In this document: piece by piece, positions 19,878 through 29,238 of the stretch | Layout of the letters: the number at the start of each line of letters is the position of its first letter | Numbering within the stretch: position 1 is the stretch's first letter | The notes under the pieces: generated by a model | Database searches by the model: none | What the model was told of the DNA's origin: nothing | The model's input: only the letters and a program-made list of their open reading frames with translations | Made by a program: the position numbers and the translations under genes | Source of the DNA: Candidatus Helarchaeota archaeon | GTDB lineage: Archaea > Asgardarchaeota > Lokiarchaeia > Helarchaeales > RDOG01 | DNA: 64,000 nucleotides | Direction: 5' to 3' | Assembly (NCBI GenBank): GCA_019058315.1 | Contig: JAHPZH010000003.1 | Coordinates: 169,669-233,668, forward strand

Positions 19878-20285
19878 TTATTTTAATTTATAATTACAAT
19901 TATAACAAATGTCCGAATAAGGTGAATTGGTAACTCCACAATTTAGGCATTTATATTTTTTCTCTTGCTCTTTTAACCATTGCTCTAAGCCAATTTCTTT
20001 TATTTTTAATGAATTTTCAATCAAGTCTATTTTATATTTATTTTTATAACGAGTATCTAGATATTTTCGTATCTTACAAGGAAAATCTTTACATTCATAA
20101 CAAAATGTCAGTTTATTTTTCTCTAAACAGCATTTTCGAATTTTACAATTCCATTTTGATATGCGTTTTTGTGTTTTATTTTGGGAAGCGCACCCATAAC
20201 AAGTCCCCTTTTTGTAAGAGGGACAGCCACCACAATAAACTCCGCAAGCTGAAGCTAGGCTTTGTGATTCAGTTCTATTTTTCAT
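19878..20285 (-). CDS. DUF3795-type Cys-rich protein
   Basis: ACGVYCGGC, CYGC, CKIRKCC and FCYECKDFPC. Confidence 0.85.
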   Translation of the reverse strand: MKNRTESQSLASACGVYCGGCPSYKKGTCYGCASQNKTQKRISKWNCKIRKCCLEKNKLTFCYECKDFPCKIRKYLDTRYKNKYKIDLIENSLKIKEIGLEQWLKEQEKKYKCLNCGVTNSPYSDICYNCNYKLK

Positions 20286-20376
20286 TTTCTTTCCAATTAA
20301 TTTAATTTATAACAAAAATTAAAGCTTAATTATTTTAATACAAATTACCATAATTTTTACGAAATGGTGATGGGCA

Positions 20377-22317
20377 ATGATTTTTGGAAATATGGGAAAA
20401 TATTTAAGGATCAATCTTTCGACTGGAGAAATTAAGCAGGATGATCTAAATGAAGATTTATATTTTAAATATTTAGGAGGATATGGGATAAATAATAAAC
20501 TTTATCATGATTTTAGAGTCCCGAAAATTGATCCATTCAATCCGGATAGTCCAATAATAATTGGGGTAGGTGCCCTAGTAGGCACAAAATTTCCCGGAAG
20601 TGGTAAAGTAGTTGCAACTTACAAATCACCGATTATTAGCAAACCTAAACAAAAAATTCATTTTATTGATAATGCAGTAGGTGGAAGTTTTTTATTTGGT
20701 AAAATGTTAAAAAAAGCAGGATTTGACCATATAATTATTACGGGGAAAGCAAAAAAGCCTACAACAATAAAAATTTTCGAAAATGATTTAGAGTTACTCG
20801 ATGCACGAGATGTTTGGGGATCTTTAGATTTATATGAAACCAGTTTTTTTTATAAAGATAAATTTCCGAATTGTGGTACAATTTCAATAGGTGAAGGAGG
20901 AGAGAAAAAAGTAAGATATGCTATATCCATAGTTGATTGTATGGCCACATTAGGAAAGTTCGGTTTTGGGGCAGTTTTAGGTTCGAAAAATATCAAATCT
21001 ATAATTACATATGGAAAAAAGAAAATTAAAATTAAAGAGAAAGATGAATTAACGAAATTAATAAAACCTATACAAGAAGGTGTTAAAAATATACCAATTT
21101 TAAGTCAATTTAGGAAATATGGTATAAATTCTGGATTTGATTTTCAAGCACCTTTAGTAAATGAAGGGAATTTTCCATTTAGGGAATGGAAAAAACTTTA
21201 TGGGCTCCGACAATTGAAAAAAGTAAAGGGCGATTTTAATATAGCTTGTAATGCTTGTCTTTTAAAGTGCAGAACAAGTTTTGAATTAAAAGATGGCCCA
21301 TATAAAGGATTAAAGAATTATTCTGGAAGTTTTTTTCTGCCAGCAAGGATTGGAAATCGTTTAGAGATTAAGGATGCAGATAGAATATCTAAAGTTGTAA
21401 AATTATATGATATTTGTAATAGGGCAGGAATTTGCTTTTTTACTGCAACTGGATTGATTAATTGGATTACAAGACTATATAATTCAGGTAAGATTGATCC
21501 GAATAAGATAAAACTTGATTTAAAAAGGGAATTTCCAATATATCTAAAAATTTTAGAAAAAATTTTACAGCGTTCGGATATTGGTGATATTCTTGCTGAG
21601 GGTTGGTACCCAACCGGAGAATATTTTAATGCAGATCCTGATTCTTTTGCCGAAGGCGTAGGCTTCTTTAAAGGAACAGACACAATTCAAGATGGCCGTT
21701 TCACCACCATAGATCCTCAACGTTTTACATATATTACTAATCCACGTCCCCATCATGGAGGAACACAATCAATATATACAATACCTAGAATGGGGATAAA
21801 GGTGCTTCAAGAAGATTTATTGAATATGGGAGTAACTAAAAAAGAATATGATAAAGTCTTCACTGAAACTCCTTATTATGGTCCATTTAATGTTGCTTTA
21901 TACGGAAAACATGCTGAGGATGTAATGGCAGTCCATAATAGTCTTGGAACTTGTATAGTCTATACTTTATTTAGTTTAATTTCAATTCAAGTCTTAGCAC
22001 CAATTTATTCCGCTATCACAGGTAGAAAAACATCCCCTAAGGAATTAAAGAAAATCGGTGAACGAAATTTCAATTTTTATAAGATGTTAAATATCTATGA
22101 AGGATTTTCTTCTAGAGATAAAAGCTCAAAAATTTGGTTAATGCCCCGGAACACTCCTGATGGAGCTTTTTCATTAAATAATTATTATAGGACGAAGGAA
22201 TTATCTTCTGAAGACATAGAAAATCTAATAGATGACTATTATAAAGAACGAGGTTGGGATTCAAACGGTAATCCTACAAAAGAAAAATTAAAAGAGCTAG
22301 AATTGAATTTTTTATAA
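20377..22317 (+). CDS. Aldehyde:ferredoxin oxidoreductase family protein
   Basis: LRINLSTG, YLGGYG, AGFDHIIITGKA, GAVLGSKNIK, CNACLLKC and YYKERGWD..GNPTKEKLKELEL. Confidence 0.92.
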   Translation: MIFGNMGKYLRINLSTGEIKQDDLNEDLYFKYLGGYGINNKLYHDFRVPKIDPFNPDSPIIIGVGALVGTKFPGSGKVVATYKSPIISKPKQKIHFIDNAVGGSFLFGKMLKKAGFDHIIITGKAKKPTTIKIFENDLELLDARDVWGSLDLYETSFFYKDKFPNCGTISIGEGGEKKVRYAISIVDCMATLGKFGFGAVLGSKNIKSIITYGKKKIKIKEKDELTKLIKPIQEGVKNIPILSQFRKYGINSGFDFQAPLVNEGNFPFREWKKLYGLRQLKKVKGDFNIACNACLLKCRTSFELKDGPYKGLKNYSGSFFLPARIGNRLEIKDADRISKVVKLYDICNRAGICFFTATGLINWITRLYNSGKIDPNKIKLDLKREFPIYLKILEKILQRSDIGDILAEGWYPTGEYFNADPDSFAEGVGFFKGTDTIQDGRFTTIDPQRFTYITNPRPHHGGTQSIYTIPRMGIKVLQEDLLNMGVTKKEYDKVFTETPYYGPFNVALYGKHAEDVMAVHNSLGTCIVYTLFSLISIQVLAPIYSAITGRKTSPKELKKIGERNFNFYKMLNIYEGFSSRDKSSKIWLMPRNTPDGAFSLNNYYRTKELSSEDIENLIDDYYKERGWDSNGNPTKEKLKELELNFL

Positions 22318-22343
22318 AAATATTAAGATGAACTGATAAGTAG

Positions 22344-23540
22344 TTACACTTCTTTTCTACATTTGGGACATTTATGTTGATCCCAAGCTAAAAGCCATCC
22401 ACAATGAGGACATTTATTTATAGAAGTATCTGCAGTCATTGAATCAAATTCAGTGCCTAGAATTTCAATATCCATTTCATCACGAATGTCACCAATTACT
22501 TTTTCTATAGCAGAATCGTCCTCACCAGTTTTTGTAGAAATTGGCTTCATGGTTGCTTTTAATGGTGTATAATCTGTGCCCTTAGATTCATAAGCTTTAA
22601 CTTTTGTCATCTTAAATTTAGGTTTCAATCTTTCTTCTTCTTCACGAAGGATTTCAGTAGCTGTTTTTTCTTTTATTCTTGGTTTTACTGCAACTTTGGG
22701 AGCTAATTTACTAGCTTTTGCTATTTCTTTTGTTTTTGCTGCGGGCGTTGTAACTGGAGTTTCAGGTTCACCTTCAATTTTAGAAATAGATTGTTTCTTT
22801 AATCGTGCTATATTTGGCAACAGTTCCTCGCCTTCTTCAGATATAGGCTGTTCTGATATAATTTCAGGTTTGGGTTCTGGTTTGATAATAGTAGGAATTG
22901 GTTTGGGCTTAAGTTCATCTTTTTTCTTTGGAATGGCAATAATTGGTTTTGGAACAGCTTTTTTTCCTGGTTCTGGAATACTTACTTCAGCTTTAACAAC
23001 TTTTGGCTCGGGTATAGCTATTTCTGGTTTGGCTGGCTTCGGTTCAGCTTTCGCAGGTTCCTTTTTCTCGAGCTCTGTAAATTCCTCTATTTTTGATTGC
23101 CATTGTTTAGCACTTTCATAAACTTTTTCTTTATTAGAAACCAGATTTTCTTCAAATAAAATGAAATAGAATATCTTAGAATTACTACTTATTCTTAATT
23201 TAGAGAATATTTGGTGTCTACGGCCAAATGTTTCATCATGACCAACAAAAATCTTATTAATTTTTGCCAAATCAATAGAATTTGTATATGGCTCTCCAAG
23301 TTTACATATAATTTTATCAGCAGGTTCTCGGATAGGACTCAATTCTTCAATATTAAATCCTTTAAAAATCATATTTTTATTTGTGAGGAAAACTTTTCCT
23401 AAATATTGTAGGTTTTGTGTCTTACTTCTCAATGCAGAGAATTCAAAATCATCAGCTGTTAGAGATGCAATGTTTGAGAGTAATATATTTTCGTCTTTTA
23501 ACTCTTGATCTTCTATTTTTACATTTTTTATTTCGTCCAT
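22344..23540 (-). CDS. PH/GRAM-like N-domain, Pro/Lys/Glu-rich linker and C-terminal zinc ribbon
   Basis: GKVFLTNKNMIF strand and AKQWQSKI helix; KPAKAEPKP low-complexity tract; CPHC...CPKC. Confidence 0.6.
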   Translation of the reverse strand: MDEIKNVKIEDQELKDENILLSNIASLTADDFEFSALRSKTQNLQYLGKVFLTNKNMIFKGFNIEELSPIREPADKIICKLGEPYTNSIDLAKINKIFVGHDETFGRRHQIFSKLRISSNSKIFYFILFEENLVSNKEKVYESAKQWQSKIEEFTELEKKEPAKAEPKPAKPEIAIPEPKVVKAEVSIPEPGKKAVPKPIIAIPKKKDELKPKPIPTIIKPEPKPEIISEQPISEEGEELLPNIARLKKQSISKIEGEPETPVTTPAAKTKEIAKASKLAPKVAVKPRIKEKTATEILREEEERLKPKFKMTKVKAYESKGTDYTPLKATMKPISTKTGEDDSAIEKVIGDIRDEMDIEILGTEFDSMTADTSINKCPHCGWLLAWDQHKCPKCRKEV

Positions 23541-23727
23541 TTTAATACGAACTCTCCTTCTTTAAATAACGTAAATAATTTTTAAAATCTTAATCGTATT
23601 TTCCTTAAATCCTATTTTAAAAATATAATTTGATTTAAATTAAAAAGTTTAGGTTATTAACAATAAAATTTTAATGATATGTATTTTTAATTTATTTTAA
23701 ATATAGTGTTTTGGAGGTTAGAATTAC

Positions 23728-24261
23728 ATGGATCAAAGCCATTTTAGTAATATGTTTAGATGTAAAAGATGCAACCAAGAATTCGTATTATATTTGATAA
23801 AGGCTGCAGGTAGAGTTCTTGTCATTAAATGTAGATGCCCAAACCATGGTAGTAAATCTATAAAGCTCCCGCTGGCACAAAAATCCCAATATATGTCAGA
23901 TCTACATTCAGGAACCTTTCGTTGTTATAAATGTGGTGCTCCAGCAAAACTTGACAAAATGAAACTTTCAGGACCATGGACATTGATTCGTATGGTTTGC
24001 GATATACATGGAAATAAATTACCAGTTCAAAAGATTTCAACTCCAATTTACAATGAGATGATGGCACAATCCATACCTCAGAAAACCATAACAACTCATA
24101 TTTCTCCTGGGGAAAAAGTTAGGGTTGTCGTCGATGTCCCATCTAGTTGTCCTTTTTGCAAAGCCCCAATTAATAGAGAGAATGTTCAATGGTCGGGTCC
24201 AATGAGTGTAAAATGTCCCTATTGTGAAAGATCAATTCCAGCTGCAGAAAGACATATTTAA
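23728..24261 (+). CDS. Multi-zinc-finger protein (2x CxxC...CxxH plus CxxC...CxxC)
   Basis: CKRC..CPNHG, CYKC..CDIHG and CPFC..CPYC; GGAGG RBS. Confidence 0.75.
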   Translation: MDQSHFSNMFRCKRCNQEFVLYLIKAAGRVLVIKCRCPNHGSKSIKLPLAQKSQYMSDLHSGTFRCYKCGAPAKLDKMKLSGPWTLIRMVCDIHGNKLPVQKISTPIYNEMMAQSIPQKTITTHISPGEKVRVVVDVPSSCPFCKAPINRENVQWSGPMSVKCPYCERSIPAAERHI

Positions 24262-24291
24262 TTATCTGTTTTTAATTTTTTAGGTGTATTC

Positions 24292-24924
24292 TTGAGATTC
24301 ATTGCTTTTTCTGACTTTCATGGGATGGAGTATAAATATGAACATGCAAAAACTACCGTAAATGAAATAATTCAAACAAAAAAGATTGATTTTATTATCA
24401 TTTGTGGCGATTTAACTACTAGAGGCGGTCCTAATGCGGCGCAAAGTTTATTAAAGGTTGCAAATTTTCCTGTTGATACTTACTTTGTTTTTGGAAATAT
24501 GGATTATTTTGAAAGAATTGATCAAGATTTAGAAAACGCAATTAATATCCATTTAAATCCTGTTAAAATTAATGGTTATGATATGTTAGGGATAGGTGGG
24601 GATACTCGTGATATTAAAAAAGATATCACAGCAGTCAGAGAGATTATAAAAACCTTAAAATCAAAAATTTTAATTCTAGTTTCTCATGTAGCTCCTCACA
24701 TGCATTGTGACCTAGCTTATAACGATAGACATATAGGAAGTAAACCTCTAACAGACTTGATTAAAAATATTCAAAAAAATAAGAAAATCCTTGTTTGTTG
24801 TGGACATGTTCATGAACAATGGACCTGTAATGCTAAATTAGGAAATGCAGAGATTTGGAATGTTGGACCTAATGGAATATTATTTGAAATTATTGATTCT
24901 AATATAACTGCTCAAATATTATAG
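24292..24924 (+). CDS. Calcineurin-like metallophosphoesterase
   Basis: SDFHG, CGDL, GNMD, SHVAP and CGHVHE. Confidence 0.9.
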   Translation: MRFIAFSDFHGMEYKYEHAKTTVNEIIQTKKIDFIIICGDLTTRGGPNAAQSLLKVANFPVDTYFVFGNMDYFERIDQDLENAINIHLNPVKINGYDMLGIGGDTRDIKKDITAVREIIKTLKSKILILVSHVAPHMHCDLAYNDRHIGSKPLTDLIKNIQKNKKILVCCGHVHEQWTCNAKLGNAEIWNVGPNGILFEIIDSNITAQIL

Positions 24925-24936
24925 GATTGATTAAAA

Positions 24937-25545
24937 ATCGGACATTTTCAAGAATATGAGGTCAAAATTCGTATATTAAATCCTTCTAAACTAATTTCCG
25001 ATATTAAAAAATTAAATGGGCAGCTTTTAAAGAATATTATTCAATATGATACTTATTTTGATAATTCTGATCATGAATTAACAAAAAATGACATCCATTT
25101 GAGGATTCGTAGAGAATTTAATGAAGAAATGAACTATTTGAGAGGGGAATTTAGTTATAAAGGGGCACACAGGGGAAAATTAATTGAAATAAGACCTGAT
25201 ACATCAATTGAACTCCTTTCTAAAGATGAAATGGATACATTAGAGTCCATTCTAAATCGCTTGGGTTATTATAAATTAGTCCTTTTTATTAAAAAACGTG
25301 AAAGATGGAAATTACAAAATATTGAATTTGAAATAGATAAAGAAGTAATTGGTGAAGTTGGAAATACAAAAATTAATCTGGGAAGTTTTTGTCAAGCTGT
25401 ATTCGAAACAGATGAATATCTGACTGAAGATAAAACAACAGACGTTTTATGGGATTCACTTAAAAAATTTGGCTATAATAAAAAAGATTTTGAAAAAAAA
25501 AGTTATATAGAATTATTTGTCAATAAAAAAAATAAAGGAATTTAA
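24937..25545 (+). CDS. CYTH/triphosphate tunnel metalloenzyme (CyaB-like)
   Basis: In-frame upstream of the track ORF: EYEVK (ExExK), QYDTYFD and LRIR; then KKRERW and EIDK. Probable non-canonical ATC start. Confidence 0.8.
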   Translation: MGHFQEYEVKIRILNPSKLISDIKKLNGQLLKNIIQYDTYFDNSDHELTKNDIHLRIRREFNEEMNYLRGEFSYKGAHRGKLIEIRPDTSIELLSKDEMDTLESILNRLGYYKLVLFIKKRERWKLQNIEFEIDKEVIGEVGNTKINLGSFCQAVFETDEYLTEDKTTDVLWDSLKKFGYNKKDFEKKSYIELFVNKKNKGI

Positions 25546-26021
25546 CCTCGCCATTCGCCTTCCTTATTTAACATTCCACCGATGAAAGCCAATCCAATAA
25601 CTAACCATATACCCCAGATCATTGACCCTGTGATTATAGCACCCAGATCATCCATCTTAAAAATGACTTCTCCTGGAATTGATGGTGCAAAAATCAAAGA
25701 TGCAAATCCTGAAATAATTAAAATACCTAATAGAGACCCAATATATGCACCAGCCCCAGCTATTAGACCATATAAAGGACCTTTAGCTATTAACCCTGCA
25801 AATAATCCACCGATAATGCATATAATTACCGAAATGTAAACATTCGCAGGAAGATGTTGATAATATGCGATTCCTAGTGCGAATGCTAATGCCCGTCTTT
25901 CCACTGGACTACCCCAATATTGTAATCCAACATTAACTCCAAATATTGTATCCAAAATTAAAATTATTAGTGCTCCAGCTATCGCACCACCAGTAAGCAT
26001 GTCTTTTCCCATAATTTTCAC
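25542..26021 (-). CDS. Small Gly-rich membrane protein
   Basis: Four hydrophobic segments with GGLFAGLIAKG..GLIAGA. Confidence 0.65.
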   Translation of the reverse strand: MKIMGKDMLTGGAIAGALIILILDTIFGVNVGLQYWGSPVERRALAFALGIAYYQHLPANVYISVIICIIGGLFAGLIAKGPLYGLIAGAGAYIGSLLGILIISGFASLIFAPSIPGEVIFKMDDLGAIITGSMIWGIWLVIGLAFIGGMLNKEGEWRG

Positions 26022-26109
26022 CTAAAATTTTAAAATCAATTTGTATAATATTATAAAGACTATTTATTTTTAAGAATTATTAATAAGGTCATCTAATGAT
26101 TTTTTTCTT

Positions 26110-27180
26110 TTATTTATTTAAAAGAAAGAGTCTTTTTTTAAAGAATAGGTGGAAATCTTTTGGTAGAGATTTATAATCCTCAAATTTTAATTTATTTACA
26201 AATTGGCTTAAATCTACTGAATTATATGTATTCCAAAATAATATTGGATCCTTATCTTTCTCTTTCTTAATATGATCTATCATTGCGGCACATGTTTTGC
26301 CTGTATATGTAGTGTCTAATTCAATATTTTCATATTTTTTCATAAGTTGAACTGCTTCTAGCCCTTCTTTTGTTATTTTTCCATACTCTCCACCATAAAA
26401 ATCATCTATTATTACACTTTTTTGAATTTGTATTTCTGGAATTTTATTAGAGAACATTTTGAGATTTTTCAGTGTTTTCTTTATGAGCCATTTAACAAGA
26501 GCAGGACTAGTGGTACTTTTATCAATTACTCGTACACCTATAACTTTAGTATCGATGTTAGCTAGTTTGATACCTATTTCTAGTCCTGCAAGTGTTCCAC
26601 CAGAACCTAAGGCTAAAAATATAATTTTTGGTATAGGTATTTCACCTTGCTCAATCTGATTTTTTAATTCAAATGTTGCATTAACGAAACCCAATATCCC
26701 AACTTGATCAGAACCTCCTCCAGTAATAAAATATGAATTTGGATATTGCTTTAATAGACCTTGATCCGCTTTAATAGTCTCCTCATAAAACATTTCTGCT
26801 TTAAAATATTGAAATAATAAAAGCTTTTTTTGGACATCAGGAGTTAAAGGTTGATTAAAGAGGATAATTGCGACTTTAAAACCTAGTTTTTGACCAAATA
26901 TTGAAGTGGCAAGACAATGGTTGCTCCCAAGACCTCCGATTGTAATGACTGGGTCTTTATTTTTTCTTCTGGCATCTGCAAATAAAAATTCTAATTTCCG
27001 AGGTTTATTTCCTCCATAAAATTCCGTAGTTTGATCATCTCTTTTAATCCATAGATTATCAGTCCCAAGATAATCTCCTAGAGCTTCTAATTTATGAACT
27101 TTTGTTTTTTTAATAAGCGGTAACCAAGCAATGGAATTTTCTAAATTAGGATAAACTTCAAATAATAATGGCTTTTTCAC
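26110..27180 (-). CDS. D-cysteine desulfhydrase/ACC deaminase family PLP enzyme
   Basis: LWIKRDD, YGGNKPRKLE, GSNHC, GSGGTLAGL and LDTTYTGK. Confidence 0.9.
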   Translation of the reverse strand: MKKPLLFEVYPNLENSIAWLPLIKKTKVHKLEALGDYLGTDNLWIKRDDQTTEFYGGNKPRKLEFLFADARRKNKDPVITIGGLGSNHCLATSIFGQKLGFKVAIILFNQPLTPDVQKKLLLFQYFKAEMFYEETIKADQGLLKQYPNSYFITGGGSDQVGILGFVNATFELKNQIEQGEIPIPKIIFLALGSGGTLAGLEIGIKLANIDTKVIGVRVIDKSTTSPALVKWLIKKTLKNLKMFSNKIPEIQIQKSVIIDDFYGGEYGKITKEGLEAVQLMKKYENIELDTTYTGKTCAAMIDHIKKEKDKDPILFWNTYNSVDLSQFVNKLKFEDYKSLPKDFHLFFKKRLFLLNK

Positions 27181-27316
27181 TTTTTTCCCTTACCTATTTT
27201 AATTTGATAGTACACTAAGTTATTGTGTTTGATTATATTATTTAAATTCTACAATAAATTCACCAATAGGGTTAAATGACAATGAATAAAATAGGTAAAA
27301 CTAAGGAGGAAAAAAA

Positions 27317-27820
27317 TTGATTCAATTTGAAAGGAATTTTGGCGAAAAAATTTCGAAGGTTTGGGGAGTTCTTGCAATGCTTTGGATATTTAATATGTGG
27401 CTCAATTCTTTGTTAAAACAAAATTTACTTACAATATTTGGGTCATTTGTACTTTTTAGTAATGTTATTATATCCGTCTTTAACAGCATTTTTACATTTT
27501 TCTATGGGAGTCACTTAAAAAAGCATTATGAGCAATATACGAATAATAATGTGTGTGATTATTGCGGAAAAGATGTACAAAAAATTAAAATAAGGAGTTA
27601 TATTCATTTTAAAACTATATTTTGTAAAAAATGCCATATAAATATCAACCTTATTTTTATTTTTTCCATGGAATTGATTGTATTTATCAATTTTTTAATT
27701 TTCTTTCTTTTTATTCCCCCTTCAGCAGATGGAAAATATTTTCTATTGGGATTTCTCTTCTTCCTAATATTATTTTCTATAACCTCTCTTTATGGTATTA
27801 TTAGGATATTTAGATATTAA
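27317..27820 (+). CDS. 4-TM membrane protein with a CxxC...CKKCH zinc-binding loop
   Basis: CDYCG...FCKKCH between TM pairs; AGGAGG RBS; paralog of 12523..13068. Confidence 0.7.
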   Translation: MIQFERNFGEKISKVWGVLAMLWIFNMWLNSLLKQNLLTIFGSFVLFSNVIISVFNSIFTFFYGSHLKKHYEQYTNNNVCDYCGKDVQKIKIRSYIHFKTIFCKKCHININLIFIFSMELIVFINFLIFFLFIPPSADGKYFLLGFLFFLILFSITSLYGIIRIFRY

Positions 27821-27860
27821 TTTAAAAAATGATTAAAAATATAAGGAGATATTTAATCAA

Positions 27861-28997
27861 ATGTCCCGTATAATAATGTGTGTGGACATGGACTCATTTT
27901 ATGCTTCTGTTGAAATACGGGACAATCCAAAACTGGTGGATAAGCCTGTAGCCGTGGGAGCGGGGAATATAGAAATGAAATCTGAAGGAGTCAGGTTAGG
28001 AGATTATAAAGAAATCTCTGGAGCAATAACTACATGTTCATATGTAGCCAGAAAATATGGCGTGAAATCTGGAATGAGATTAAGTGCTGTTAGAAAGTTA
28101 TGTCCTGATTGTATTCTCGTTCCACCTAGAATGCAACGTTATAAAGAAATTTCTGATCAAATAATGGAATTACTTGAAAATTTTGTTGATCACGAAAATT
28201 TTGAGGTCCGAAGTATTGATGAGGCATTTTTAGATATAACAGAAAATGTTAAGAATTTCGAAGAAGCTGAGCAGTTTGGATTTAATATTAAGAATGAGAT
28301 AAAGGAACAAATTGGACTTACTTGTTCGGTTGGTATTGGACCAACAAAGTCAATTGCCAAAATAGCATCAGGAACGAATAAACCTGATGGTTTAACCATT
28401 GTATTTCCTCGAAATGTTGAAGAATTTTTAAAAGATCTTCCTGTTAAAAAGATACCAGGAATAGGAAAAAAAACTGCAGAGCGATTAAAAAAAGAATTGG
28501 GTATAGAAACAATTGGTCATTTGGCATCAATTAAAGATTTGCAGAAATTGAAAAAATTGTTTGGAAAAAATGCAATATATTTCTATTACGTTGCAAATGG
28601 AATAGATCAATCTCGTGTGATGCCGAGATCTGGAATAAAATCAATTTCTAATCAAAAAACTTTTAGCAAGCCAATAGCGGATGAAAAAACAATTAAGGAG
28701 ACTATTTTAAAATTAGCAGAAAGAATATACAAGAGGTTAAAAAAAGGAAATTTGGAATTCAAAACCGTAACGATTAATATTCCTTTTGATGTAAAAACTT
28801 TTCATTCTAAAAGTATTTCATTAAAACATTACTCAAATTCCTTAGAAACTATTATAAATACTGCGAATCAAATTTGGGATGAAAATATTGCACCCGAAAT
28901 TACTTCAATAAGAAGACTTTCATTAAAAATTTCAAACCTTAGAAAAATTCAAACAAAACAAAAAGACCTAACATATTGGTTTAAAAATAATAAATAA
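27861..28997 (+). CDS. dinB: Y-family DNA polymerase IV
   Basis: VDMDSFYASVE, SYVARKYGVKSGM, SIDEAFLD, AKIAS..NKPDG and IPGIGKKT. Confidence 0.95.
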   Translation: MSRIIMCVDMDSFYASVEIRDNPKLVDKPVAVGAGNIEMKSEGVRLGDYKEISGAITTCSYVARKYGVKSGMRLSAVRKLCPDCILVPPRMQRYKEISDQIMELLENFVDHENFEVRSIDEAFLDITENVKNFEEAEQFGFNIKNEIKEQIGLTCSVGIGPTKSIAKIASGTNKPDGLTIVFPRNVEEFLKDLPVKKIPGIGKKTAERLKKELGIETIGHLASIKDLQKLKKLFGKNAIYFYYVANGIDQSRVMPRSGIKSISNQKTFSKPIADEKTIKETILKLAERIYKRLKKGNLEFKTVTINIPFDVKTFHSKSISLKHYSNSLETIINTANQIWDENIAPEITSIRRLSLKISNLRKIQTKQKDLTYWFKNNK

Positions 28998-29238
28998 AAC
29001 TTAAAGATATTATTTAGCATAAGACTAAAAATAGCTCAATATATACCTATTTTTCTAAATTTTGGTGTCATAGGTACATTCGCTATAATTTAATATATTA
29101 GGAAACGATTCATATATTGATATTTTTAAGATAGAAAACTAATTAATTTAGTTTGATCTAAAAAAATTTATTAACTTAATTTAATATTTTATTGACTTAG
29201 TTTAATTAATTTTAAACCCAAAGGGGGTTAAAAATTAA

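Noticed and set aside
22696-23121. 141-aa hydrophobic Gly/Ser-rich plus-strand ORF, and the other short overlapping ORFs in the track
   Set aside because: They are antisense or alternate-frame shadows of well-supported genes and carry no motifs.
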